Shown here in pieces: positions 53,020-64,000 of a DNA stretch of 64,000 bases; position 1 is the first letter of the stretch; each line of letters starts with the position of its first letter. Location of the stretch: assembly GCA_951406725.2 (NCBI GenBank), contig OX597815.1, positions 33,480,001 to 33,544,000 of the forward strand, in the 5' to 3' direction. The DNA is from Octopus vulgaris (lineage: Eukaryota). The translations under genes and the position numbers were made by a program. The notes beneath the pieces are model-generated. The model did no database searches. It saw nothing but the letters and a program-made list of their open reading frames with translations, and was not told the DNA's origin.

Positions 53020-53830
53020 CAGGCTATGATTAACTGAATAGCATCACCTGATGAAGTCTTTCAAGTTATATTTTGGGACACTTTATCTTGCTCAAGTAAG
53101 GAGTTGATGTTGGTGAAAATGTATCCAGGTGTAAATGGCCTGACTGGTATTTCTTGGAGGCTGTTACAATGATATGTGGTGTGAGCTTGATTTTTATCTG
53201 GTCTTGTCTTGGGGACCTAATCTTTAGTAATTTGTTAACTTGATACCAGCATTGTTTGGTCAATGTTAAAGGAATATTTTCCATGTTGTACAAATTATAT
53301 AGCAATCATATTGGTGTTGGAGAGACTAGAGTCAGAACCTTTTGAGGCAATCTCAGTAATCAAAGCCTGTCATGCCATTTTGTTTTCTTTTATATCTTTG
53401 AATCATAGATTGGTGTTCTGTCTGGCTACTTATTCTGTTGATGTTTGTTGTGGGTTCTACACAGCATTCTCGGGGATTCTGTCAATTACTTGCTGGGTTT
53501 TGTTTACCAGGAAACAATCTACTGCAATATCTTTCCAGTATTGGATAACTCTTTCAGCAGTTTCTTGTTAATTTTGTTAAAGGCTTTACTGAAGTCAAGA
53601 TATATGAGATTAGTGTTGGAGCCCTCTTCTAAAGCATTTAAAATGTCTTTGTGTGGTGAAGAAACTGTTAAACAGTTTCTGCCATCAAGAAAACTATGCT
53701 GGTTGGGATTTAGGAGATAGTTACTCTGTAGGTTGGAAGTTATTTTTGATCTCACTACTCTCTTGACTACTGTTAATATAAGAGGTGAGTGAGATCAGAC
53801 AGTACTTCACTGCAAGCAATTTATTTCCGT
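53020..53830 (-). mobile_element. Old CR1-like LINE RT fragment
   Basis: LLNPNQHSFLDGRNCLT...IYLDFSKAFNKI. Confidence 0.75.
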
Positions 53831-54501
53831 TTTTGAAACACTAGGATGACAAACTAGGACATTCCCCAAGAAATGTATACTACAATTTTTTTAAATACAT
53901 TTTTAGTTGAATGTTTGTGTCTTTTTTTTTTCTGTCTTAAATAATATTTGTATTGGCAGATGTATTTCAGATACGATCTGATGAAATTTTTTTTCACATA
54001 GCTTGAGTTTTATCACATCATACATTCACACTTCCACACATCTTTATTCTTTCTCACCAACTCTTCATGATGCAAGCTTGCAGATGTCTACATGCATTTA
54101 AGCACATGTTATCATGTGTTATATCCATGTTATCATGTGTTATATTCCTAACTCATCAGAGGTAATTCAGTATGTGACCAAATACCCTGGGTATACACTT
54201 TCACATCCTTCACACATTCAAGGCACATCAGTATGGAGAAAGAACACTGTCTGGGTGCTTTTTATCCCTACCACAGCAACATCTCCACTCGTACTGTTCT
54301 CTTCACCTCTTTGATTTTGCACAAAATGCTTCAGTCATTTCTCCTCATAACTGCATCCTATGGAATTCTCTTTTTGGCTATGCTTTTTATTTTTTTCACT
54401 TTCTTTTTTCACTTTAGCTGTTCAAGACTTACTAGTCTTGGAGGGACTGGAAAATCTATAGGCATCCACCTTCCTTGATTGACATTAAAAAAATTAAAAA
54501 A

Positions 54502-55605
54502 TGCAGGTGTGGCTGTGTGGTAAGAAGATTGCTTCCTAACGACATGGTTTTCAGTTCAGTCCCACGGCATGGCAGCTTAGGCAAGTGTCTTGTATTATAG
54601 CCTCAGGCCAACCAAAACCTTGTGAATTGATTTGATAGACTGTAACTGAAAGAAGCCTGTATATATATATATATATATATATGAGACCTCTGGAGATATG
54701 CTGTGACTGCGAAGAACTGCTGTGCTTACCATGGATTGTAGGGCAACCTGCTGTGCTTGAGGAGACCTATTGAGTCAAGTACATCAACATCAAAAAATCA
54801 AATGGAAATTGTAGTTGTGATACCTGTGCCAGTAGCACATAAAAAGCACCATCCGAATGTGGCTGATGCCAGCGCCGCCTTAACTGGCTTCCATGCCAGT
54901 GGCACTTAAAAAGCACCAACCAATCATGGCTGTTACCAGCCTCCCTTGGCACCTGTGCTGGTGGCATATAAATGCACCCCCATGTCACACAAATGGCACC
55001 CGTGCTGGTGGCACATAAAAGCACCCATTACGCTCTTGGAGTAGTTGGCATTAGGAAGAGTATCCAACTGTAGGAAACCATGCCAAATCAGACTGGAGTC
55101 TGGTGCAGCCTTCAAGTGGGCCAACCCAGTCAAACTGCCCCACTCATGCCAGCATGGACAATGGACGTTAAATGATGATGATGATAATGATCATTGCTAT
55201 TATGCAAAAGTGTTGTAAGTCCAAAACATTGCTTTTTCAGAAAAGGAAAAAATAGTTTCATCATTCCATAGCAAATCCATTGTACTACAGTTCGACAATT
55301 TTTGATATCTTGGCATCTGAAGCAGCTGGAGATATGATAGTTTAACCAAAAGAACCAGCTATTGCAAGCAAAAATAAATATTTAAAAAATGCATTTGGCC
55401 AAATTAGGACATACAACAGTGTAACATAATAGCAACGATGTGTGTGTGTGTGTTTGTCTCACTGCTTGACAACCAGTGTTGGTGTGTTTTACTGACAATA
55501 ATTACTAGGCTTTAAAAAAGTCCTGGTGTCAGTTTGTTTGACTAAAACCTTCAAGACAATGCCCCAGCATGGCCACAGTCAAATTACTGAAACAAAATAA
55601 AAGAT
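54502..55605 (+). mobile_element. SINE head (54502-54660), RTE 3'UTR (54685-55187) and SINE body with CR1-type tail (55450-55605)
   Basis: Head gcaggtgtggctgtgtggtaagaagattgc; RTE tail catgccagcatggacaatggacgttaaatgatgat; tail gccccagcatggccacagtcaaattactgaaac. Confidence 0.75.
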
Positions 55606-57805
55606 AAACAGACTGACTGCATTCACATGCACACACATGCACATACACACATACATGTTTATCAGAACATATTTCAGTTAAAATATTCTAGATATTTTAC
55701 AAACTCAAATTTGTGACACACACATATAGAGCGCAACAAGACTCATTCCTTGTCTACTTGATTTTTATTTGAATCAATGTATGTGGTTCATGATTTTTTA
55801 AACTTTATTTTATCATTTTTATATCTGCGATCTCTTTTTAAAAGTTAAGTTTCATAGCAACAACATATTACTAATGTTCCACTAAAAACAGTTTCTACTA
55901 AAGTTTGCAAAATAAAATGGCTGGCTGTTGTATCTAAGTGAAGGTAGAGGAAAGAATTATTAAACAAGCCATTTATCTCAGTAAAGTTTATTTGGTTTGA
56001 AGTTGTTTTAGTGAAACCATATCAATAGTTACTTTGGTATTCACCTGACCTTTTCTTGATTTTTGGAAATATTTCACCCCACCAACAAGAATTTACTATG
56101 GAATCATAAAGAAAGTAAATATTTGTGCTATGTTTTAAAGTGTGTATAATTTGATACATTCGTTTTTTTGTTTTTTTCCTGAAAATTTGGGTGTGTCCTG
56201 TTTAGATGAGCTACATGGGGGTTTAATTTCATAGTTTTTATAATATTTTCATCATCCATGCTCCAAGAGCATTTAGAATATTTTTGGAATGGTCATATTT
56301 CCAATAATTTCTTTGTCTAAGCAGATAAGCAGTTGACATTTTAGAAATACATTGTTATTATCAGAATAAATGTTTGTTATTTGTATAACAAGTATCAAGT
56401 TGTTAGAAGACTTGACTAAATATTCTGTGGTTTTTAGTTTACATTTTTGTCTTCAAATTCAGCTGGAGTCAATTCCAGCTTTTATCAAAAAATGGTTCAT
56501 TTTTCTAATTTGTTTACAACTTGACATGACAGATGACTTTTTTAAAGATATATATCATGAATTATTAAAATGTTTAAATAGTATGAATATTAGGTAAGTG
56601 TGCTTAAATATATTTAATATTTCTGAACCCACCACTTACCCTTTCATCTTCTCTTTTTGTCTCGCTGCCACCTTCTCTTGTCTCACGTACTGTATACACT
56701 AAATACTCTACACTCAGTTTTTTTCTCCTAAGACAGTAATCTTCTGAAACACCTCTATAGCCTACATTTCCCCAATATTCATTAGCCTATGGAAGATCAA
56801 ATTAAACACCAACTACATTAACCTCACCAACCTAGGAAGAGCTTCAAAAGAATATGGTCACTAACTCCCTCTCTTCTTTGCACTATGTCATTTTAAAAGA
56901 TTCTACTATAACAAGGCTTTCTTTTCTTTCATTTATTTCTATGCTTTTATCTGTCTGCTAAAAACAAGTTAAACTTTACAGAATAACAAACAAAAAACAT
57001 CTTGTCACTGAGAAAGAAATCATTTATAGCTTCTGAATGTCCATTCTTTGTCAGTTGTTTGAGTGTTTCTGTAGTAAATACTCTAAATGTGTGACTTATC
57101 ATTGCAACTGACTTGTTTACACACACAGGCTTATCTTGAAATAACCTAGCCCATCAACAAATAGAAAGATGAAAGTATTAGTATAAAAATTATTCAAGTA
57201 AAGGTGGTTGTAGCATAGCTAAACCTATAAAAATTCTCCGATGTTATTCTTACTTTCTCTTAAATATTACAGAATGAGTTCAAATGATGTTAGAGATATA
57301 TTTGTCATACATAAGTGTTGCTAGGTCATGCATTTAATGTTTTAATTGTTTTGTCATGTAGTGTCCCATTGAAAATAATAATCTAGGCAATATATGATGA
57401 TAGGTGATATGTAGTTTGGATGTTTGTGTATGTGTATGGTCTTTCATTCAGTCTAGGAGAGCAGTATCTCTAAATAAGAACTGACTCTATGATGACTCAC
57501 CCAACTCATACAAGCATGGAAAGCAGATGTAAAATGAGGAAAATGGTAGTAATGATTATATTTTCAAATGTGTTTGCATGCATGTGTGAGTGCACACACA
57601 CACACACACTAGCATTGCACTTGTTACAAATGATAGAGTATATTTCTACCTTTTTTTCAGTACATTTTAAGGCTTTAGTCCTTGCTCCATTTTCTTATTT
57701 CTTTTTATCTTTTTGCAGTTATTCTTTATCTCTCTGCTCACACTCTGCCATTATTCTCACTAACTTCATAATTTCTATTCCTTTTATATATATATATATA
57801 TTTGT

Positions 57806-58270
57806 AGGCGCAGGCATGGTTGGGTGGTGGCTTCTCAACTACATGGTTCCAAGTTCAGTCCCACTGTCTTGTACCTTGGGAAAGTGTCTTCTACTATAAC
57901 CTCAGGACAACCAAAGCCTTTTGATTATTGTCATCTGGCTAAGGCATGTTATTGTCTAAAACTGGGATGATGATGTTATTTTGTTTGTGGTCATAGAACA
58001 AGAATCAAAATAAAATATAATTTGTAATTTCAGCTTAAAAAAACACCATTTATCCTCTACAACACACACACACTCCCTCCCCCCCCCACACACACACATA
58101 TGTATAGGCACAGGCATAGCTGTGTAATGAAGCTTGCTTCCCAACGATAGAGCTTTGCATTCAGTCCCACAACATGGCAATTTGTGCAAATGTTTTCTGC
58201 TATAGCCCCCTGCCAACCAAAGTCTTCTGAGTAGAATTGGTAGATGGAAACTGAAAGAAGCCTGTTGTGT
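57806..58270 (+). mobile_element. Two tRNA/CORE-type SINE heads (57806-57920, 58106-58270)
   Basis: ggcgcaggcatggt..ttcagtcccactg..ccttgggaaagtgtcttctactata; ggcacaggcatagctgtgt..ggtagatggaaactgaaagaagcctg. Confidence 0.75.
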
Positions 58271-58424
58271 GTGTGTATATGTAATTGCTTAGAAGCAATG
58301 TATGTTACCAGAATTTTCAGTTCGAGTTAGAACAAACTACCCCATAGTATCGGTGTGAATGGAGTTAGGATTGGCGAGCATGTACAGAACATAGTCATAT
58401 TATGTGTAAAATGAAGTGAAACTG

Positions 58425-58642
58425 AGTAATGATATTTTTTAATGCATTTAATGCATACATTTCAGATAATTGCATGGTAGATAAAAAACGGAATTTCACT
58501 TCCTCTGCAAAATCTTCTACAGTTAAGACATATTAAAATATTTTGATATATGGAAGATTTTGCATAAGAGATGATATTCCTTTTTATCTGTTGTGCAATT
58601 ATCTGAAATGTATATATCAAAGGCATTAAAAATTGTCATTAC
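58425..58642. repeat. Diverged inverted repeat (~90 bp arms)
   Basis: agtaatgat..tacatttcagataattgca..tgcaaaatcttc vs gaagattttgca..tgcaattatctgaaatgta..tcattact. Confidence 0.85.
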
Positions 58643-58752
58643 TTGGTCTGTCATCATTTGTGTGTATATACATATATATATATATATACACATATATATA
58701 TACACATATATGTAATATATACATATGTATGCGTGTTTTTGTGTATATATAT

Positions 58753-58817
<65 letters not shown>

Positions 58818-61595
58818 ACATATATGTAATATATACATATGTATCTGTTTTTGTGTATATATATACACACACACACACACACATACTATATATATGCATG
58901 CACCACAGCAGTTAGCACAGCATCTCACCCACAAAACACTGGTGCATGATGGGTCGAAACTGTCATGGTGAATAATAAGAGTCTTGTGAATTCCATTTCC
59001 TTTCTCTCATATTTTTATTTACGTGTGTGTGTGTACAATGTACTACATATATGTGTGTTTTTCTGTGAACTTTGTCTTAGCATTCAGTGGTGATTGCAAA
59101 CAAGCAGTACTATTATTACAAGCAGAGTACTTCATTTTCAATCTTTCTTGAACAAATGTCTTGGCATAGGGAAATATTGCCTTACTTGGAAACAGTTAGG
59201 GGTTGGTGACAGGAGTTATTGTCATGAAGCACCCCTGTCACTGCTACCGTCAATATTGTCTACAACATTTTACCTTGTTTATGTTTTTATTTTTTAAATT
59301 TACTTTTGACCTGATTGGTATTTACTTTGAGGCAGTTTATATGAAATCCCTTTTTCAGTTTTATTTATCTCATTCCACTTGCTCTTTTTACTTACCTCAA
59401 TTCCTGCAGCTATCAGCCACCAGCTGTTCCTTAAATATACTGTTATTCATTCTCACTATTATATCCAAGTCTATTAACTGTATCTCTCTCCTGTTGTAAT
59501 GAATATCATGTTTTATATTGGTAGCTAGTATGTTTTCTTTTACAAATAAAACACCTAATATTTAATGCACCTCACCTGTGCAGTGTTTGTTTATTGAGTT
59601 CTCTCACCACACATGATATTTGAGATCTTTCTTTCATTAGTGTTTCAAAACAATACATTTAATTGAAAGTAAATTATTGTAAGATTATCTACATGTATCA
59701 TTTAACTATATCACACAACTTATGAGACATTTGAAAATTCAGTATCTTTTCAACAGAATTAAGATTGTTCTAGAATTTCTTTATTGTGAAATGGAAAGTA
59801 ATATATGGCCAAAAAGTGCTCAATGAATCCTAAAATAAATAAAAGCTTATGTGTATATGAATAATATGTTATTATTTAAAGGAATAGGAATGGCTCTGCA
59901 CAAAGCTAACTTTCAGCAAATTTATTGCAGTAAACAATTGGCTTGAATCAGATTACAAAAGACAAACAGTCATTCTGGAGTCATTTGTCACAAAACTAGA
60001 AAACCTGGCAGTGCTGCCCCCACATACATTTGGTCGTTGATGGAATCATTTGTTGCGCCTGAACAAAATGGGTTTCATGCACAGTATTATGGGTATTTGA
60101 TAAAAATAAATAATCAATGATGATTGAAAACACTCCTACACATTCTACGTGGATTAGAATTTTTTCGTTAGTTATTTAGTCCTGAGTTCAGCAATGCTTA
60201 AGCAGACATGATAAGAAGTCTTCCAGCTGTGACCATTTTATAAGACTATATCTAATGAGTCCATTTTTAAAGCTGTGTGGATATGATTTGAAGAAGGTTC
60301 TACCTGGTCATATAATCATGTTGAAACTTTCTTATAGGGTTTGTTAGTTGACAGGTTTAAAACATAGCTGACTGTGTGCAGGAAAACTTCTCTGAAATTT
60401 ATTTGCATTGATAAAAGTGAGTTTGGTTTATGTAGTTTAATAGATCGATAAAAGTATTCGAGTTCATCTGTTAAAACATGAAATGTTATTGACTGGAATT
60501 ATCACACTGTGACTTACCTCATTGTTCATTATATTTTATTTATCTAGAAATATGAGGGAAAAGCAGTTTTGATATCTATTTCTCAGTAAAAAGATTATTT
60601 TACTATACTGAAATTTTTATCCTGTGCTGGAATTTTATCTGGAATTAATTTTATCATACAATTGAAACTTTTAAAACTAAGAAACAGAAGAATTGTGGAG
60701 AAAGTAACATGTTGTTGATTGTGATATAGATCTGCTTTGTTCTCAACTTACCTGTGCTTAATATGAGGTAGGGAAATGTATGTACTTAACTATATTTGTG
60801 TCATTTCTACTAAGACATTAAATAATTTCATTTGTATTTGCTTTGAAATCTTATTCCTACAACCTTCTAAAACAAATTTATTTTCTTTTTTGTGTCTTAT
60901 CTGTAAATCATGATGTTTAGAAGTAAATAGTGGAATGTTCTGAAGGAAATAATATTGAAAACATTGCTGTATGATCATTTACTTAATTAGCACAGTTTGC
61001 ATGTATAAAAATCATGAAATTTGCAAGGAAATATTGTTTTACTGTGTGTTTCTCTGCAAATTTTTTATGTGTATCATTTTGATATCCATGCCTTATTGTA
61101 AATGAATACCATCAAACTCAGAGTTGTCTTTTTGTGGGTGATATTATTATAATTTCAGTAGGTTGGCAGAATCATTAAAACATCCAATAAGCTGCATTGT
61201 GATATTTGTATTGCTCTTTATATTTGAGTTTGAATCCTGCAGGGATCAACTTTACCATTCGTCCTTTCAGGGTTGATAAAATAAAGTTCTGAAGTTGATT
61301 TAACCAACTAAGTGCCCCCATGCCAATGTTTAAAATAATTGTAATTTATATGGACTCTTAGTGTTGTCATCTTGGTTGTTATAGTTACAATATTTCAGCC
61401 ATTGTACATTTTGGCCTTATTCAAGCTTTTAAGGTATTGAGAGCATCAGAGAGTACAACTCTGAAAGATTGTGTCTAAAACAACTAAGAGGTGGACAATA
61501 GTGCAAATATATAAGTTTATAATAATTTTTCTAAGAAATTCAAGCAAGTGTTTGTGTATGTGTGAGTGAAATCATCATTTTATATCTGCTTTTCA

Positions 61596-61808
61596 TTTCT
61601 ACTCTAGGCACAAGGCCTAAAATTTTGGGGGACGGGGGCCAGTCAATCAGATCGACCCCAGTATGTAACTGGTACTTAATTTATCAACCCTGAAAGGATT
61701 AAATGCAAAGTTGACCTTGGCAGAATTTGGACTCAGAACGTAAAGACAGACGAAATACTGCTAAGCATTTCGCCTGGTGCGCTAACATTTCTGCCAACTC
61801 ACTGCCTT
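61596..61808 (-). mobile_element. Nin/Deu-type SINE, well preserved single copy
   Basis: Same unit as the 11020-12310 array; an opposite-orientation older copy lies at about 61155-61320. Confidence 0.85.
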
Positions 61809-63399
61809 ATATGTCTGCTTTTCTATGCTGGTATGGGTTGAACAGTCTGTCATGGGCCAAGTCAGTTTTTATTTGGAGTTACTGACCTTCTAGACAGATC
61901 AAATACCATGCCTCATATATTTAAAACCTTTGTGTTAATTTTTTATGTGTCTTTTTATTTTATTTCACCCTCTCAATATATATATGATATGCCTGTTGTC
62001 TGCAGCAGATAGAAATGAAATCTGACTTTTCTCACTTTCCTACTTTCCTTCAAAAATAACATATATTGATTAATGTCCCTGTCGGAAATCAATTCAATTA
62101 ACCCTTCTGAATTGGTGATTTCCGTTACGATCCATTGACTTACAGTAAATACTAAAGCTTAGAAATCACGTCATTGGTTGTAAATATATATTGAAAACAA
62201 TACCCTGGACTTTGCTAAACATAGTTGTTGGCTTAATTGAGCTGCTAAAGAAGCAATTATAATCAGCATCATTAGCAACAGTTTTATTATTGGTATTTTC
62301 CCATACTAACAGAGAGGTCACAACATGGTTTTTCCAAACTTATTTTCTGCATTCCTTTTGATTTCATTGAAATTATTGCATGTATGCATCTGTAACTGAC
62401 CTACATTTGCATTATTTACTTATCATTGTCGATTATCTAATTTACACTGTCTTTTTTATTAGCAAGCAATACTTAGAGGCTTTTAACATCCCAATGTCTA
62501 CACATCTACCAAATCTACTTTGGTCCTTCATTACTAAGTCCTCTTATTTTGCTTTCTTTCAGTATCAGTTTTATCCTATAGATTTAAAAATCTTTTGGTC
62601 CATACATCATACACTTCATCTTACTTATCGGGGAAAATCCTTACCACTCTTTGTACATAATTAGCCTAAATACAATTCTATAATTTCTTCTAACACTGAT
62701 TTACCTTACCTATACTGGTAGCAAGTATTCATGTTGCTCAATGCCATATTCACTCTTCAAGGACTACCATCATTTCCTTCTTATACACTGATTGCATTGT
62801 TTCTGCAGTATTAAATGTCTGTATGTTATTGTTTAAAATATTGAATAAAGAAAAGATACCTTATTGTTGCTCAGTAAATCTGATCGTGTATCAACTTTGT
62901 TTCATGTTTTCTCTTATACCTTACCTCCCTCTGATAGAGTATGTAGATTTGTATAACTGAAAAAACAACTTGTTACAATTTTTACAAAGGCATATTCATT
63001 CTTTTACTTTACAAAGGCATAGAATAATTATATTTCCACTATAAGATATTTCCCTAAGGTCATAGATTGTTGTCACTCTGACCTTTATATTGTCTATTTT
63101 GATTTTAGTCTTTGACATTTTGTCTGTTATACAGTAGTTTCCTCTTTTAATTCCATCATCCTTACTTTATATAATGTAGTCTACATTAGTATTAACATCA
63201 TTATTTATTTTTCTCCACTATGTATAGTTCCATTTTTGTGTCTGAGTATTTTCTTTCAGTGCTACAAAGCATGGAAGATTTGATGAATGATAAAAACTGC
63301 ACAAGATAAAGCAAATTCGTCAAGAGTTTGTTGTAAAAATCTCTCCTACTGTACTCTAAACATTTTATTGTATATTTAAATTAACAGTACTATCAATCA

Positions 63400-63840
63400 T
63401 TGTGAACTGGAGGTAATTCATGACTTCACACACTTTGGTTCCACCATCATGGACAATCTCTCCTTAGTGTCTGAGATTAACAGATGGATCAGAAGAGTCA
63501 CCCCAACACTCACCTGGATGACCAAGAGAGTCTTAGAGAATAGCAAATTGACAACACAGACTAAGGTTGTTAACAGAGCTGGCTTCCTCTGTACACTGCT
63601 TAACAGCTGTAAAAGTCAAAACTCCACTCCAGAGTAGTGTTGCAATACCTTCCACATCTTGAGATGCATCCTGGACATCAAGGGGATTGATTGGGTTCCT
63701 AACAATGAAGTCCTAACCTATGCTCAGATATGCAGCCTCTTCATACTACTCTAACAATGATGCCTATGTTGTCTGGGTTATGTTCACTACTCCCATGCCA
63801 GTCAGGATAATGAAAGACCTGTTGCTTGTGGAACTGACCT
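63400..63840 (+). mobile_element. Old RTE (BovB-like) LINE C-terminal fragment
   Basis: LGSTIMDNLSLVSEINRWI..KRVLENSKLTTQTKVV..LCTLL..LRCILDIK..VPNNEVL motifs. Confidence 0.75.
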
Positions 63841-64000
63841 CTTATAGTCGGAGATAAATATAAGTAACTATGTTCAATTAATGAAACTACAAAGTAAAAG
63901 AAAACCAATTTTATTTCAAATTTAATGGTAAATTATATTAACTAGTTTTATCAAAACTTATTATTTTTACAACTATCAAAATGATAAAATTAACTAGACA

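Noticed and set aside
62082-62122. Small hairpin cggaaatca...tgatttccg
   Set aside because: Only about 14 bp with a bulge; too short for a pre-miRNA.

Overview
AT-rich, CpG-depleted animal genomic DNA packed with microsatellites and transposon relics. The repeat complement (tRNA/CORE-type SINEs, Nin/Deu-type SINE arrays on (AAT)n, RTE LINEs with (GAT)n tails) looks like an Octopus / coleoid cephalopod genome; this is an inference from family resemblance, not a database result. I found no intact host protein-coding gene; most of the window reads like large intron or intergenic sequence, with a few weak candidate exons. Recognisable elements are two young and several old RTE LINE copies (the main family carries a PHD-type C4-H-C3 finger inside the RT region), CR1/L2-like LINE relics, a Tc1 and a mariner fossil with TIRs, a small Tc1/mariner MITE, and many SINEs. 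The most unusual parts are: (i) a CpG-retaining, promoter-like domain at about 9.6-12.1 kb between CpG-depleted flanks; (ii) a nested 18.6-26.6 kb complex holding an orphan ~260 bp GC/CpG-rich island, Helitron-like ends, two foldback palindromes, and direct plus inverted duplicated blocks bracketing a doubly truncated RTE; (iii) one SINE head paired with two alternative LINE-derived tails, with a structure-conserved 3' stem-loop shared with the neighbouring CR1-like LINE; (iv) several inverted repeats, some with plus-strand G:U bias, that are candidate ADAR substrates. Coordinates of degraded repeats are approximate and all identity counts were made by eye.
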